A stretch of DNA of 20,000 bases from Chiloscyllium plagiosum (GCF_004010195.1 NC_057719.1:15943194-15963193), one strand, 5' to 3'; shown: positions 1-11,417, numbered from the stretch's first letter. The notes: generated from the letters alone by a model not told the origin. Translations and numbers: made by a program.

Positions 1-144
1 GAAGGATTCACATTTTTGGATCATTGTATTCTCTTCTGGGGTTCAAGTGACCTGTACAAGAAGGACAGATTGCACCTAAATTGGAAGGGGACTAATATAC
101 TGGCAGGGAAATTTGCTAGAGCTGCTCAGAAGGATTTAAACTAG
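1..144 (+). pseudogene. C-terminus of CR1 ORF1 (SGNH/GDSL esterase-like domain)
   Basis: Frame 1 reads EGFTFLDH...LYKKDRLHLNWKGTNILAGKF...DLN*. It contains the DxxH(L) motif known from CR1 ORF1 esterases and lies directly upstream of ORF2. Confidence 0.8.
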
Positions 145-2241
145 TAAGGTGGGGGGTGGGGAAAGGGAGATAGTGAGGAAAGAGATCAATCTGAGACTGG
201 TACAGTTGAGAACAGAAGCGAGTCAAACAGTCAAGGCAGGCAGGGACAAGGTAGGACTAATAAATTAAAGTGCATTTATTTCAATGCAAGGGGCCTCACA
301 GGGAAGGCAGATGAACTCAGGGCATGGTTAGGAACATGGGACTGGGATCTCATAGCAATTACATAAACATGGCTTAGGGATGGACAGGACTGGCAGCTTA
401 ATGTTCCAGGATACAACTGCTACAGGAAGGACAGAAAGGGAGGCAAGAAAGGAGGGGAGGAGGTGGCATTTTTGATGAGGGATAGCATTACAGCTGTGGT
501 GAGAGAGGATATTCCCGGAAATACATCCAGGGAGGTTATTTGGGTGGAACTGAGAAGTAAGAAAGGGAGATCACCTTATTATAGATCCCCTAATAGTCAG
601 AGGGAAATTGAGAAACAAACTTGTAAGGAGATCTCAGTTATCCGTAAGAATAATAGGGTGGTTATGGTAGGGGATTTTAACTTTCCAAACAGACACTGAG
701 ACTGCCTTAAGTGTTAAGGGTAAAGATGGAGAGGAATTTGTTAAGTGTGTATAAGACAATTTTCTGATTCAGTATGTGGATGTACCTACGAGAGAAGGTG
801 CAAAACTTGACCTACTCTTGGGAAATAAGGCAGGGCAGGTGACTGAGGTGTCAGTGGGGGAGCACTTTGGGGCCAACGACCATAATTCTATTAGTTTTAG
901 AATAGTGATGGAAAAGGATAGACCAGATCTAAAAGTTGAAGTTCTAAATTGGAGAAAGGCCAATTTTGATGGTATTAGGCAAGAACTTTTGAAAGCTGAT
1001 TGGGGGCAGTAAAGGGACGGCTAGAAAATGGGAAGCCTTCAGAAATGAGATAACGAGAATCCAGAGAAAGTATATTCCTGTTCGGGTGAAAGGAAAGGCT
1101 GGTAGGTATAGGGAATGCTGGATGACTAAAGAAATTGAGGGTTTGGTTAAAAAAAGGAAGCATACGTAAGGTACAGACAGGATAGATCGAGTGAATTCTT
1201 AGAAGAGTATAAAGGCAGTAGGAGTACACTTAAGAGGGAAATCAGGAGGGCAAAAGGGGGACATGAGATAGCTTTGGCAAATAGAATTAAGGAGAATCCA
1301 GAGTTTTTACAAATACATTAAGGACAAAAGGGTAATGAGGGAGAGAATAGGGTCCCTCAAAGATCAGCAAGGGGGCCTTTGTGTGGAGCTGCAGAAAATG
1401 GGGGAGATACTAAACGAGTATTTTGCATCAGTACTTACTGTGAAAAAGGACCTGGAAGGTATAGACTTTCAGGAAATAGACGGTGAATCTTGCAAAATGT
1501 CCATATTAGAGAGAAGTGCTGGATGTCTTGAAACAGGTAAAGGTGAATAAATCCCCAGGATCTGATCAGGTGTCCCCTAGAACTCTGTGGGAAGCTAGAG
1601 AAGTGATTGCTGGAACTCTTGCTCAGATATTTGTACCATCGATATTCACAGGTGAGGTGCCAGAAGACTGGAGGTTTGCTAACGTGGTGCCACTGTTTAA
1701 GAAGGTTGGTAAGGACATGCCAGGGAAGTATAGACCAGTGAGCCTGATGCAGGTGGTGGGCAAGCTGTTGGAGGGAATCCTGAGGGACAGGATGTACATG
1801 TATTTGGAAAGGCAAGGACTGATTAAGCATAGTCAACATGGCTTTGTGTGTGGGAAATCATGTCTCACAAACTTGATTGAGTTTTTTGAGGAAGAGAATT
1901 GATGAGGGCAGAGTGGTAGATGTGATCTATATGGACTTCAGTAAGGCATTCAACAAGGTTCCCCATGGGAGATTGATTAGCAAGGTTAGATCTCACGAAA
2001 TACAGGGAGAACTAGCCATTTGGATACAGAACTGGCTCAAAGATAGAAGACAGAGGGTGGTGGTGGAGGGTTGTTTTTCAGACTGGAGGCCTGTGACCAG
2101 TGGAGTGCCACAAGGATCGGTGCTGGGTCCTTTACTTTTTGTCATTTACATAAATGATTTGGATGCGAGCATAAGAGGTACAGTTAGTAAGTTTGCAGAT
2201 GACACCAAAATTGGAGGTGTAGTGGACAACGAAGAGGGTTA

Positions 2242-2331
2242 GAGCTGAAAATGTGTTTGCTGGAAAAGCGCAGCAGGTCAGGCAGCATTCAAGGAGCAAG
2301 AGAATCGATGTATCGGGCATGAGCCCTTCTT
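2242..2331 (-). mobile_element. Short Penelope-like terminal (pLTR) fragment inserted into the CR1 RT
   Basis: Matches 6061-6151. Flanked by a 15-bp TSD, CAACGAAGAGGGTTA (2227-2241) / CAATGAAGAGGGTTA (2332-2346), 14/15 identical. Confidence 0.88.
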
Positions 2332-3198
2332 CAATGAAGAGGGTTACCCCAGATTACAACAGGATCTTGACCAGATGGGCCAATGGGCTGAGAGTTTAAT
2401 TCAGATAAATATGAGGTGCTGCATTTTGGGAAAGCAAGTCTTAGCAGGACTTATACACTTATTGGTAAGGTCCTAGGGAGTGTTGCTGAACAAAGAGACC
2501 TTGGAGTGCAGGTTCACAGCTCCTTGAAAGTGGAGTCACAGGTAGATAGGATAGTGAAGAAGGCGTTTGGCATGCTTTCCTTTATTGGTCAGAGTACTGA
2601 GTACAGGGGTTGGGAGGTCATGTTGCAGCTGTGCAAGACATTGGCTAGGTCACTGTTGGAATATTGCGTGCAATTCTGGTCACCTTCCTATCAGAAAGAT
2701 GTTGTCAAACTTAAAAGAGTTTAGAAAAGATTTACAAGGATGTTGCCAGGGTTGGACGATTTGAGCTGTAGGGAGAGATTGAACAGGCTAGGGCTGTTTT
2801 CCCTGGAGCATTGGAGGCTGAGGGGAGACCTTATAGAGGTTTACAAAAGCATGAGGGTCATAGTTGGGATAAATAGACATAGTCTTTTCCCTGGGATGGG
2901 GGAGTCCAGAACTAGAGGGTGTAGGTTTAGGGTGAGAGGTAAAAGATATAAAAGAGACCTACGTTTTCACACAGAGGGTGGTGCGTGCATGGAATGAGCT
3001 CCCAGAGGAGGTGATGGAGGCTGGTACAATTGCAAATTTTAGTGGCATTTGGATGGGTATATGAATAGGAAGGGTTTGGAGGGATACGGGCCAGGTGCTG
3101 GCAGGTGGGACTAGATTGGGTTGGGATATCTGGTTGGCATGGACGGGTTGGACCAAAGGGTCTGTTTCCATGCTGTACATCTCTATGACTCTACAATT

Positions 3199-3738
3199 TC
3201 CTGGTGAGACCGCACTTGGAATATTGTGTCCAGTTCTGGTCGCCTTACTATAGGAAAGATACAGAGGCTTTGGAGAGGGTGCAAAGAAGGTTTTCCAGGA
3301 TGCTGCCTGAACTGAAGGGCTTGCCTTATGGAGAAAGGTTGAATAAGCTTGGAGTTTTCTCTCTGGAGAGAAGGAGGAAGAGAGGAGACCTGATCAATAT
3401 AATAAGAGGAATAGATAGGGTCAATAACCAGAGACTTTTCCCCAGGGCAGGATTGACTGGTACGAGGGGTTATAGTTTTAAGATATTAGGAGAAAGGTAT
3501 AGAGGAGACATCAGAACTATGTTCTTTACACAGACAGTTGTGAATGCATGGAATGCATTGCCAGCTGTGGTGGAAGCAGAGTCATTGGGGACATTTAAGC
3601 AACTGCTGGACATGCACATGGATAGCAGTAAGTTGAGGGGTGCGTTGGTTAAGTTACTATGTTTTACATTAGGATTAACCTCGGCACAACATCGTGGGCC
3701 AAATGGCCTGTTCTGTGCTGTACTTTTCCATGTTCTAT
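3199..3738 (+). mobile_element. 5'-truncated CR1 of a second subfamily (ORF2 C-terminus + 3' UTR)
   Basis: RPHLEYCVQFWSPYYRKD..LERVQRRF...FSLERRRKRGDLI...VVNAWNALP; 3' UTR ends in CATGTTCTAT. Confidence 0.92.
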
Positions 3739-3966
3739 CCATTTGAAGATGTGTTGAGAATTGGGTAAGCTGACTAAGACAGCACATATCACATAAGGAA
3801 TGGAGTGAGTGTCACTGAACAAGTGAATTTAAATGGAATAATAGGTGTGAGGAGTGAGGTAATATGGAAGAAATTTGTTAAGACAGATGGAGGTGCTGGT
3901 TCCACAGCAGGTTGCAGATCACTAGATTCCTATTCTAGTTAGGTCATTAAAAACACTTCTTGTACT

Positions 3967-4871
3967 TAGCGAGTTTTGAGAAGATTTGTAGCTCAGGTTG
4001 AGGTTTTGGATGTAGGTTTGCTCGCTGAGCTTTCATTACCTTACTAAGTAACATCTTCAGTGGACCTCATGCGAAGCAATGCTGAAACTTCCTGCTTTCT
4101 ATTTATATGTTTGGGTTTCTTTGGGTTGGTGATGTCATTTCCTTTGGTGGTGTCATTTCTTGTGGTGAAGTCACTTCCTGTTCCTTTTCTCAGGGGTGGT
4201 AGATGGAGTCTAACTCGATGCGTTTGTTGATAGAGTTCTGATTGGAATGCCATGCTTCTAGGAATTCTCATGCATGTCTTTGTTTGGCTTGTCCTAGGAT
4301 GGATGTATTGTCCCAGTCAAAGTGGTGTCCTTCCTCATCCGTATGGAACTACGCAGAGCAGAGGAAATCACCTATACCGGGTGTTCAAAAAGAATGGGTA
4401 CCCAATGAACACAGTCCGCCGATTTCTCAGCAACAAACCCAAACAAGCAGACAAAACACATCCAGAAACCGTAGCCACTCTCCCCTACATCAAAGACATC
4501 TCGGAAGTGACTGGCAGACTACTCAGACCCCTTGGCATCATGATGGCCCACAAACCCACCAACACACTAAAACAGCAGCTATTGAACTTGAAAGACCCTA
4601 TACAGACAATGAGCAAAACTAACGTCATTTACAAAATACCATGCAAGGACTGTAACAAACAATACATTGGACAAACAGGCAGAAAACTAGCCATCAGGAT
4701 GCATGAACACAACTAGCCACAAAAAGACATGACCCTCTCTCACTAGTATCCTCACCTATGGATAAGGGAGGACACCACTTCAACTGGGACAATACATCCA
4801 TCCTAGGACAAGCCAAATAGAGACATGGAAATGAACCTTTCAGCTCAGCGAGCAAACCTACATCCAAAACG
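3967..4871. mobile_element. Penelope-like element (Poseidon-type GIY-YIG end) in inverted arrangement: minus arm about 3967-4343, plus arm about 4345-4871
   Basis: Plus arm encodes NGYP...TLPYIKDISE...NVIYKIPCKDCNKQYIGQTGRKLAIRMHEH (GIY-YIG). The terminus AGCTCAGCGAGCAAACCTACATCCAAAAC near 4842-4870 is present reverse-complemented near 4003-4031, and about 4735-4825 is mirrored at about 4270-4345. Possible 9-bp TSD: TCTTGTACT (3958-3966) / TCTTGTGCT (4872-4880). Confidence 0.9.
4031..4064 (-). ncRNA. Truncated hammerhead-ribozyme motif in the Poseidon-type terminus
   Basis: Minus strand: tcca-CTGAAGA-t-GTTAC-ttagtaag-GTAAT-GAAA. Core and stem II are present. Stem III, cleavage site and the 3' strand of stem I appear deleted. 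Confidence 0.55.
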
Positions 4872-5411
4872 TCTTGTGCTGGATCTATGATTTTACCACA
4901 ACAGGTTTACTCGTTACTCAACCGTGACTTCTAAGGTAGCTGAATCTTTCCTTATTATTGAAAACAGTGTCTCTTTTCTTACCCTTGCTGCATCCAGCTC
5001 TATAGCAGACACCTTCTTTAAAAAGGGACACCTATTGCATTTTCCATTTCTAATTCTAATTATGTTATATAATTTACTACATCCTTTAAATTCAATTTAT
5101 ACTTCAAGGACTCAAGTTAAAATTGGACCACTTGTGCATCTTGAATAAATAGAATTGGGAAGGCATGTGCAAGAATAAAAGAACCGATGGGAGCATATTC
5201 ACATACCTTTGAAGATGACATGACAAATTGATAAGGCTGCTAAGAAATTATTTAGAATACTTGCCTTAAATAAGAATAAGTCAGAAGATGAGAGTGAAGA
5301 GACTTTGCAGGAGTGAAACAGAATGAGTAATTGGGAATCTGGGGCAAATGGGAATTCAATTAATAATTATTTTGCAATTAATAATTATTTAATTATCAAA
5401 TACAAATCAGA

Positions 5412-5665
5412 ATGGTGCAGTGGCTTAGTGATCAGCACTATTGACTCACAGGATCAGGGACTTGGGTTCAATTCTAGCCTCGGACTACTGCCTGTGTGGA
5501 GTTTGCATGTTCTCCCTCTGTCTGCACTGATTTTCTCCAGATGCTCTGGTTTCCTCCCACAGTCAAAAGATCTGCAGGTTAGTTGGAGTTGGTTGTGCTA
5601 TCCAGGGTTGTAGAGACTATGTGGATTAGCCATGGAAAATGCAGTGATAGGGTAGGATGGGGAGC
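5412..5665 (+). mobile_element. tRNA-derived V-SINE (HE1-like, elasmobranch type)
   Basis: A-box-like TGGCTTAGTGATCAG and B-box GGGTTCAATTCTAGCC. V-domain-like TGTGTGGAGTTTGCATGTTCTCCC...TGCTCTGGTTTCCTCCCACAGTCAAAAGA, recognised from recall. Confidence 0.85.
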
Positions 5666-6120
5666 TGAATGTTGTCTATGTTTTTGCTTTGGTTAACCTA
5701 TTTACATAATTTCCTCTAAAATTCAGTATATTTCAGATTCAGGTTCCTTAATTTGTGTGTTTTTTTAATCCTTCAGTTTCCCAGATTACTTCGCCCAATA
5801 GCAGTAAAATAACACCATACATGGACTCAAACATTTTCAGCTCTCTTCATCCGTATCCATTGAGGATACTTCTTCAATATGTTCCCAGCCTTCCCAATTT
5901 TATAAATGATTGCATCATTGAATGATAACTTCCTTCAAATGCAGGTAGCCCCTTTTGAGCTACAATATACATGGTTTTAAACAATACAGCTCTAACGTTC
6001 ATGAGGCTTTATCTTCAGCCTATGCTAGGAGAAAGTGAGGACTGCAGATGCTGGAGATCAGAGCTGAAAAATGTGTTGCTGGAAAAGCGCAGCAGGTCAG
6101 GCAGCATCCAAGGAGCAGAA

Positions 6121-6158
6121 GAATCGACGTTTCGGGCATAAGCCCTTCTTCAGGAATG
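6121..6158 (-). ncRNA. Minimal type I hammerhead ribozyme motif in Penelope pLTR
   Basis: cattc-CTGAAGA-a-GGGC-ttat-GCCC-GAAA-CG-TC-gattc. Conserved core, 4-bp stem II, palindromic ACGT stem III (dimer type), GUC cleavage triplet ending at 6126. Stem I is short and weak. Confidence 0.72.
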
Positions 6159-6283
6159 AGGAAGGTGTGCCAAGCAGGCTAAGATAAAAGGATGGGAGGA
6201 GGGACTTGGGGGAGGGGCATTGGGAATGCGATAGGTGGAAGGAGGTTAAGGTGAGGGTGATAGGCCGGAGAGGGGGTGGGGGC

Positions 6284-6552
6284 NNNNNNNNNNNNNNNNN
6301 NNNNNNNNNNNNNNNNNNNNNNNNNNNNNNNNNNNNNNNNNNNNNNNNNNNNNNNNNNNNNNNNNNNNNNNNNNNNNNNNNNNNNNNNNNNNNNNNNNNN
6401 NNNNNNNNNNNNNNNNNNNNNNNNNNNNNNNNNNNNNNNNNNNNNNNNNNNNNNNNNNNNNNNNNNNNNNNNNNNNNNNNNNNNNNNNNNNNNNNNNNNN
6501 NNNNNNNNNNNNNNNNNNNNNNNNNNNNNNNNNNNNNNNNNNNNNNNNNNNN
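6284..6552. other. Assembly gap (269 N)
   Basis: Run of N inside the Penelope copy. Confidence 1.
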
Positions 6553-9500
6553 CTTGCGGTTGCAGAGGAAGGTGCCGGGAGTGGAGGTTGGGTTGGTGGG
6601 GGGTGTGGACCTGACGAGGGAGTCGCGGAGGGAGTGGTCTTTCCGGAACGCTGATAGGGGAGGGGAGGGAAATATATCCCTGGTGATGGTGCCTATTTGG
6701 AGGTGGCGGAAATGACAAAGGATGATACGATGTATCAGCTTATGCTTCCTGCCTTTTATTTTTCCGAGGGTTCCCTTATTACAATCTCTTACACCATCTG
6801 AGTTTTAGCTCAGCCTTGTTTCACATATACTTACTGTATGTGATCTGTATGTAACTACACTGACACATTACAATTTCACCTCCTGGTTTAGTCATACAAA
6901 CACTCCTGTATGTCGTCTGATGGGCTCTTTCACTCAGTTCACTATTACTCCTCCCAGAATACATATTCTTTCATTTCTGTAACATTTTGATATAATAAGC
7001 AATCTCACTTTCTATTTTGATTGTAATTTTTCTTGTATCCCTTTCATAATGCTACTTTCATTGTTTTAAAGTCAGTTTCTCTTTAGATTTTATGTCAGTA
7101 TATTATTGTTTAAACTATATTTTTGTGCTCTTCCAAGGCACACTAATCCTTTTAGCAAGTAGGTGTACATGTCTGAGGCCCAGTCTTCAGTGCATGTTTT
7201 TGTACCATCTAATGTTTGTTTCCTTCGAGGTAACATTCACTTTTGTACACTTACATCAGTGTCCCAAGACCATGTCACACATTCTTGACTCTCACATGAT
7301 CTTATCAAATGATCTATGAGGTTTACCTCTCTCTCTATGTATGGTCACGATGCCTCAGGTAGTGGCTTGATCACCAATTCAATCTTTCTTAAAAGAAAAG
7401 ACAAGGACACAAACATCACCACGAGAAAGCTTTCAGTTTGGTGATCTCATCTAAACTTCCTCTTCATTAAAATGCTTTTTAACCTCAATTGACATTTCAA
7501 ATGAATATTCTTTTTTTTTCTTCTGCCACCAGTTTCCAACTTTAATTACTTTGTCTATCAATTTTCTAATTTAACTATTACCACCATATCTACTTCCAGA
7601 GATCTGTAAAGATTTGTAGTGCATGGTACATAATCTTATAATATTTTAAAACAGAAGTCAGACATTTCTGTTTGATTCAGGCACAACATACTTCGCTTGT
7701 TCTTTCTCTGAGATGACTCATCTTTTTTAAAAAGTTACTTGATAACTCATTCTAGATATTTGATATATCCCTATGTAAATTTGCCCAAATTCAATGTTGT
7801 GTTTACTCCCTCAAAGTCACTAACCATTTTTATATGGCTTGAAACCACTGAGACTGTGTGCATGCACTTTATCATTCCCCTGAATCTCCTTAAATTTTCA
7901 GGTGACTATTCCATTTGCAGTAAATGTTTTAGAATACCAGGACATGTGAGTCTTAGTATAGCTTTTGTCATGACATACTTAAGTTTACCCAATCCCAGTG
8001 GTTTTGAGATACCTGACACTCAATACATTTGATGTTTCCACAATACTTCCCCAACACTGAAATATGTTATTGATGAATGGCTTGATAGGTTGAGGGTGCC
8101 TCATCCATCACTGTCTGCAAATGGGTTCAGCCTTCGGTGTCTCCAACTTCTAAAAAAAAACAAACAAGCTCCATCCATTCCATATCGAGCAGAATGTGTT
8201 AATTAGTGTTAAGCTTGTATGGATTCTGAAAGAAAAAGGGGTGATGCATCAAATCCTGCACATAATTACATCATCTGTCTCTCCTCCTGTGAGGAAAATA
8301 AGTGAATATACTTTTAAGGAAAGGAAAACCCTCCCAATTTGTTAAATTTGCCTTTCCCGAACTCCTTACCCAGAGGGAGTTGCATTTTCAACACTTCAAT
8401 GTCTTTATCATTTGGATTTTAACAATGAGTCAATCTTAACATCCAGAATTAAAGATTCACTCATGTTAAAACAGTATTTGGAAATTCCAAACATTGTAAT
8501 TTCTGGAATTAAAATTTTCCATCTCCAAACACTACACCGAGCCAACCCCAAAGGTTTTTTTTTTACCAAGCTTTACAAACTAAATTTTTAAATCAACGTT
8601 TTGCGTATATTTGCTTTACCATTGGTTTCTTAAAAGAATATTACATTAACTACCCATGTCCCACACTGATACAGCCACACTACAAACTTTAAAAAAATCC
8701 ATACATTCCCAAAACATAAACTAACTTAAAAGTATCCCCAGATCTCGAACAAAACTCACAAATTGTACAAGATGATTTTGAAAGTATTCTGAATGACATT
8801 TTAAGGCCTTTCCAACATTGTTCACTAAAAAATATATGGGCTTGAGCAGCTTGATTTTTGTACATTGATTTGCACTGTTTCTCAGAATGGAGACCTTTCC
8901 TAAATGAGCTGTACCAGTGCCAGATTGAATCGCTTCTAATCTACATTTGCAACAGATCAGTCGCTGGTTGTCTTATTTGAAAATATTCCCTTATATCCTG
9001 TAGCTCTTTTGATATTTGTTTCGTTTTTCAGTTTTGTAATTCCACTGTGTTCTAATCGATGCCAAAAGTGCAGAGTTTTCAATCTCTGATGCAATACATC
9101 ATTTTTAAGGTTACCATTTATCACTGTATCAGAAATCTTTCTCAGCCATCCTTTGTTTTGCCCTGATTGGATAGATTCCATTAGAGAACTGTATAAGCAC
9201 TCATCTTTCTGTACAAACATCTGAACAATAGGTTTAAATTTCCTGACAGACCCGAACATGTTGGTATCGAGTCTGTGAGAAAAGGTGAAGGTTCTGACTG
9301 CGTCACAAATGCTGTTTCAGTAACTGATGAGGTAATTGGGTGATCTCATTGAGCACTGGAAATCACGACATCTTTCATAAAGGGTAAATACATTTTACTT
9401 TGTGGAGTCTGCCTATTTGCAGTGGGACTTTTTTTGTCAATAGAAAAGGCATCCTTTGTGAGTAATCGGGAAGGCTGTGATTGGGATTTAACTTTTTTGA

Positions 9501-9599
9501 ATGAGTTGTTTTGATTCGATACGACTTTAATCAATGCATTTTGACTTGGAACAGTTTCAGTTTCCTTATATACTACCATTTTTTCAGCATTTCCCGTGT

Positions 9600-11170
9600 T
9601 GGAGTGGAGTACGAACCATGTCTTCTATCGGTTTTCTTTTCCTCCCTCCACATCGGATTTGACCTCTCTTACTCCCTTACGCTTTGGAAAGCAATGCGTC
9701 TTTCACATATTGTACATGGCACCAGTAGGTATTCTGTCTATCCTATTCTTTTCTATTCCTGCTTTTAATAATGCTGTGTTGTTATCTTTTGTTTCACCTT
9801 CGAACCACCCCATCTCTAACTTGTTCCTGTTTGTTGCTTGCTTGGGTGGGCCTCACTCTTCGCTTACTAGCCTCGACATTCTCTAACTGTCCTAACAGCA
9901 AACATACCTGCCCCCACTAACTGTCCGTGGGCTGGCCCTAATGGGACTAACAAGGCACCTCGCATTCAGCCCGGACCACTCCGCATTAGCCGGTTCCTCA
10001 TTCTGGTTGTGAAGGCTTCCTGGTCTGTACTTTGAAACTGTGGAGAACACATACCCACTTGCGTAGCCAAATCCCTCAAATGTTTTATACCTTCTGGTAT
10101 GTTCTCCCACTTTTCAACATCACTTCCCAATCTGTCGGGGGAGGGTACTTGTTTCCTACTGCTAGTGTCAGTGCAATTCACAACAATCCAGTATGCCCTA
10201 CGTTTCTGAAAGCGCTATTCGCGTGTGGATCAATACTTAATGCTCCCAGATTCCCTTGCTGTAGGGCACTCAGCAAAACATGGGCGGCACCCTGGTCACA
10301 TGACCAAGTCAACCTAGAGTCTAAGGTTTCACCAGACTTCTGCTTAAAACGCGACCCCAAATCCTGCAATTCTCTCGATATTCTCGAATTCTGTAGGTTT
10401 TGTCTTCCTACCTGTTTTGCCTTATTTGTTATTATGGGTCATACTATTAGTCCCTTCTCTGAGGATGACTTCAGAGGTGGAGCATCCTGCCCTTCTGTCC
10501 ATTCTGATACTCTGAATCAGATGGATATCAAATGTCTCCATCCAACTGTTTGGGGTCCTATCATGAGGTTAATAACTTTTGCACTTTGACTAGGTCAATT
10601 GTCCAATTGCGCTGTTTTGCTTTCTTTTTTCTGTTGTACCATCACCAGACAGCAAACTATCTGGTTCTGCTTCTCCTCTGCCTGCTTAGCTCTTTCCTGC
10701 ATTGTCTTAACTGTTTCTTTTAACTTTTTAAGTGATTTTTAACTTTGTACACCCCAGTCGAACACTGGCATCCCCAAATCTTAACTGTTTCTGTTAGGGT
10801 TGTGTTACACAGTTCTACCACCAGCAATGTGGCCTCAAGCATCCTGTTATTGGCCTGGCACTCTCCCAATTCGCTACACATAGAAACACAAAGCTGTTAA
10901 CAATGTTCATCTCATTTGCGATATACTGTCCTTGCTTCTGGGGAACCCCGCTTCCTGCAAGCACTTGTGTATGGCAGCCTGCATGAATAACCCTTCTTAC
11001 TTTCTTTTCCCGGTTATAACCATCCCCCATTCTTGTGAGAATCCTAATTGTGCTAACAAGTTAGCTACAGACTCGAATCCAGAGTCTGCCACATTTCATT
11101 CTTGAATACGGAAGGTCTCCAGAGCATCAGGTTGTCTTTCCCTGCTCTTAAATATTTTCCCGAATTCCAT
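9600..11170 (-). pseudogene. gag: Decayed class III endogenous retrovirus gag (ERV-L / Fv1-like)
   Basis: ATG at 11170. Colinear blocks resemble HERV-L/MuERV-L Gag as recalled: MR*TLLTAL (GWLLLSSL); ERAKQAEEKQNQIV (RERAEIVEKQTQAL); VKVQKLLTS**DPKQLDGDI* (VKVRALIGKEWDPATWNGDVW); ELQDLGSRFKQKSGE...DQGA...LGALSIDP (ELLEFSNLYKQKSGE...DNGG...LGPLSRDS); WENIPEGIKHLRDL (WFNVEEGIQRLREI); FTTRMRNRLMRSGP (LTNALRNRFVRAAP); LLKAGIEKNRIDRIPT (LINHGVPRSEIDRKPT). Several stops and frameshifts. Confidence 0.85.
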
Positions 11171-11397
11171 CCTAATCGCCAAAAATGTCTTGGATCACAG
11201 AGTGTATCCAAATGGTTCTTTTTGGATACAGATAAATATAGTTAAAAGAAGACTCAACTGCGGCAATTTACTTAAATATGGGTGTTCATTAAGTAATAAT
11301 AATGAGTAATAAATGGAAAAGAAAGGAGAAAAAGCAACAAATCTCGTCCTTCTGCCTGTTGGGGACCCCTTGTTTGACGGCTGGTCTGGAGGCTTAG

Positions 11398-11415
11398 GGG
11401 TCATTCCCGGCACCA
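11398..11415 (-). promoter_or_regulatory. Putative retroviral primer-binding site, tRNA-Leu-like
   Basis: ...GATCGCA-aa-TGGTGCCGGGAATG: LTR-terminal CA, 2 nt, then TGG. 11/14 match to Leu-type PBS (TGGTGTCAGGAGTG or TGGTACCAGGAGTG). Lies about 230 nt upstream of the gag ATG. Confidence 0.55.
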
Positions 11416-11417
11416 TT

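Larger units (their letters stand above)
1..3193 (+). mobile_element. CR1-clade LINE, decayed: 3' end of ORF1, all of ORF2 (APE endonuclease + RT), 3' UTR and tail; begins upstream of the window
   Basis: APE motifs: CIYFNARGL, IAITxTWL, VMVGDFNFP, PTREGAKLDLLL, DHNSI. RT motifs: [54 protein letters not shown]1 C-terminus LEYCVQFWSP. Ends in a CTCTATGACTCTA tail. Many frameshifts and stops. Confidence 0.96.
6027..6734 (-). mobile_element. 5'-truncated Penelope-like element (Neptune-type linker + pLTR), interrupted by an assembly gap
   Basis: Minus translation IHRIILCHFRHLQ...DIFPSPPLSAFRKDHSLRDSLVRST...PGTFLCNRK is the linker that precedes GIY-YIG in these elements. Its terminus is shared with three other copies in the window. 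TSD TCAGCCTATGCT (6015-6026) / TCAGCTTATGCT (6735-6746). Confidence 0.88.

Noticed and set aside
463..3746. CR1 ORFs as functional genes
   Set aside because: Fragmented by stops, frameshifts and an insertion; these are dead retroelement copies.
5412..5482. tRNA-like A/B boxes
   Set aside because: Head of the V-SINE, not a tRNA gene.
6179..6718. Long ORFs spanning 6179-6718
   Set aside because: Artefacts of translating through the N gap.
7300..8700. Search for a 3' LTR and polypurine tract of the ERV
   Set aside because: No sequence matching 11418-11570 was found by eye, so a complete provirus cannot be claimed.
10032..10589. 185-aa plus-strand ORF, the longest in the ORF track
   Set aside because: It is the antisense shadow of the decayed gag frame and has no independent protein features.
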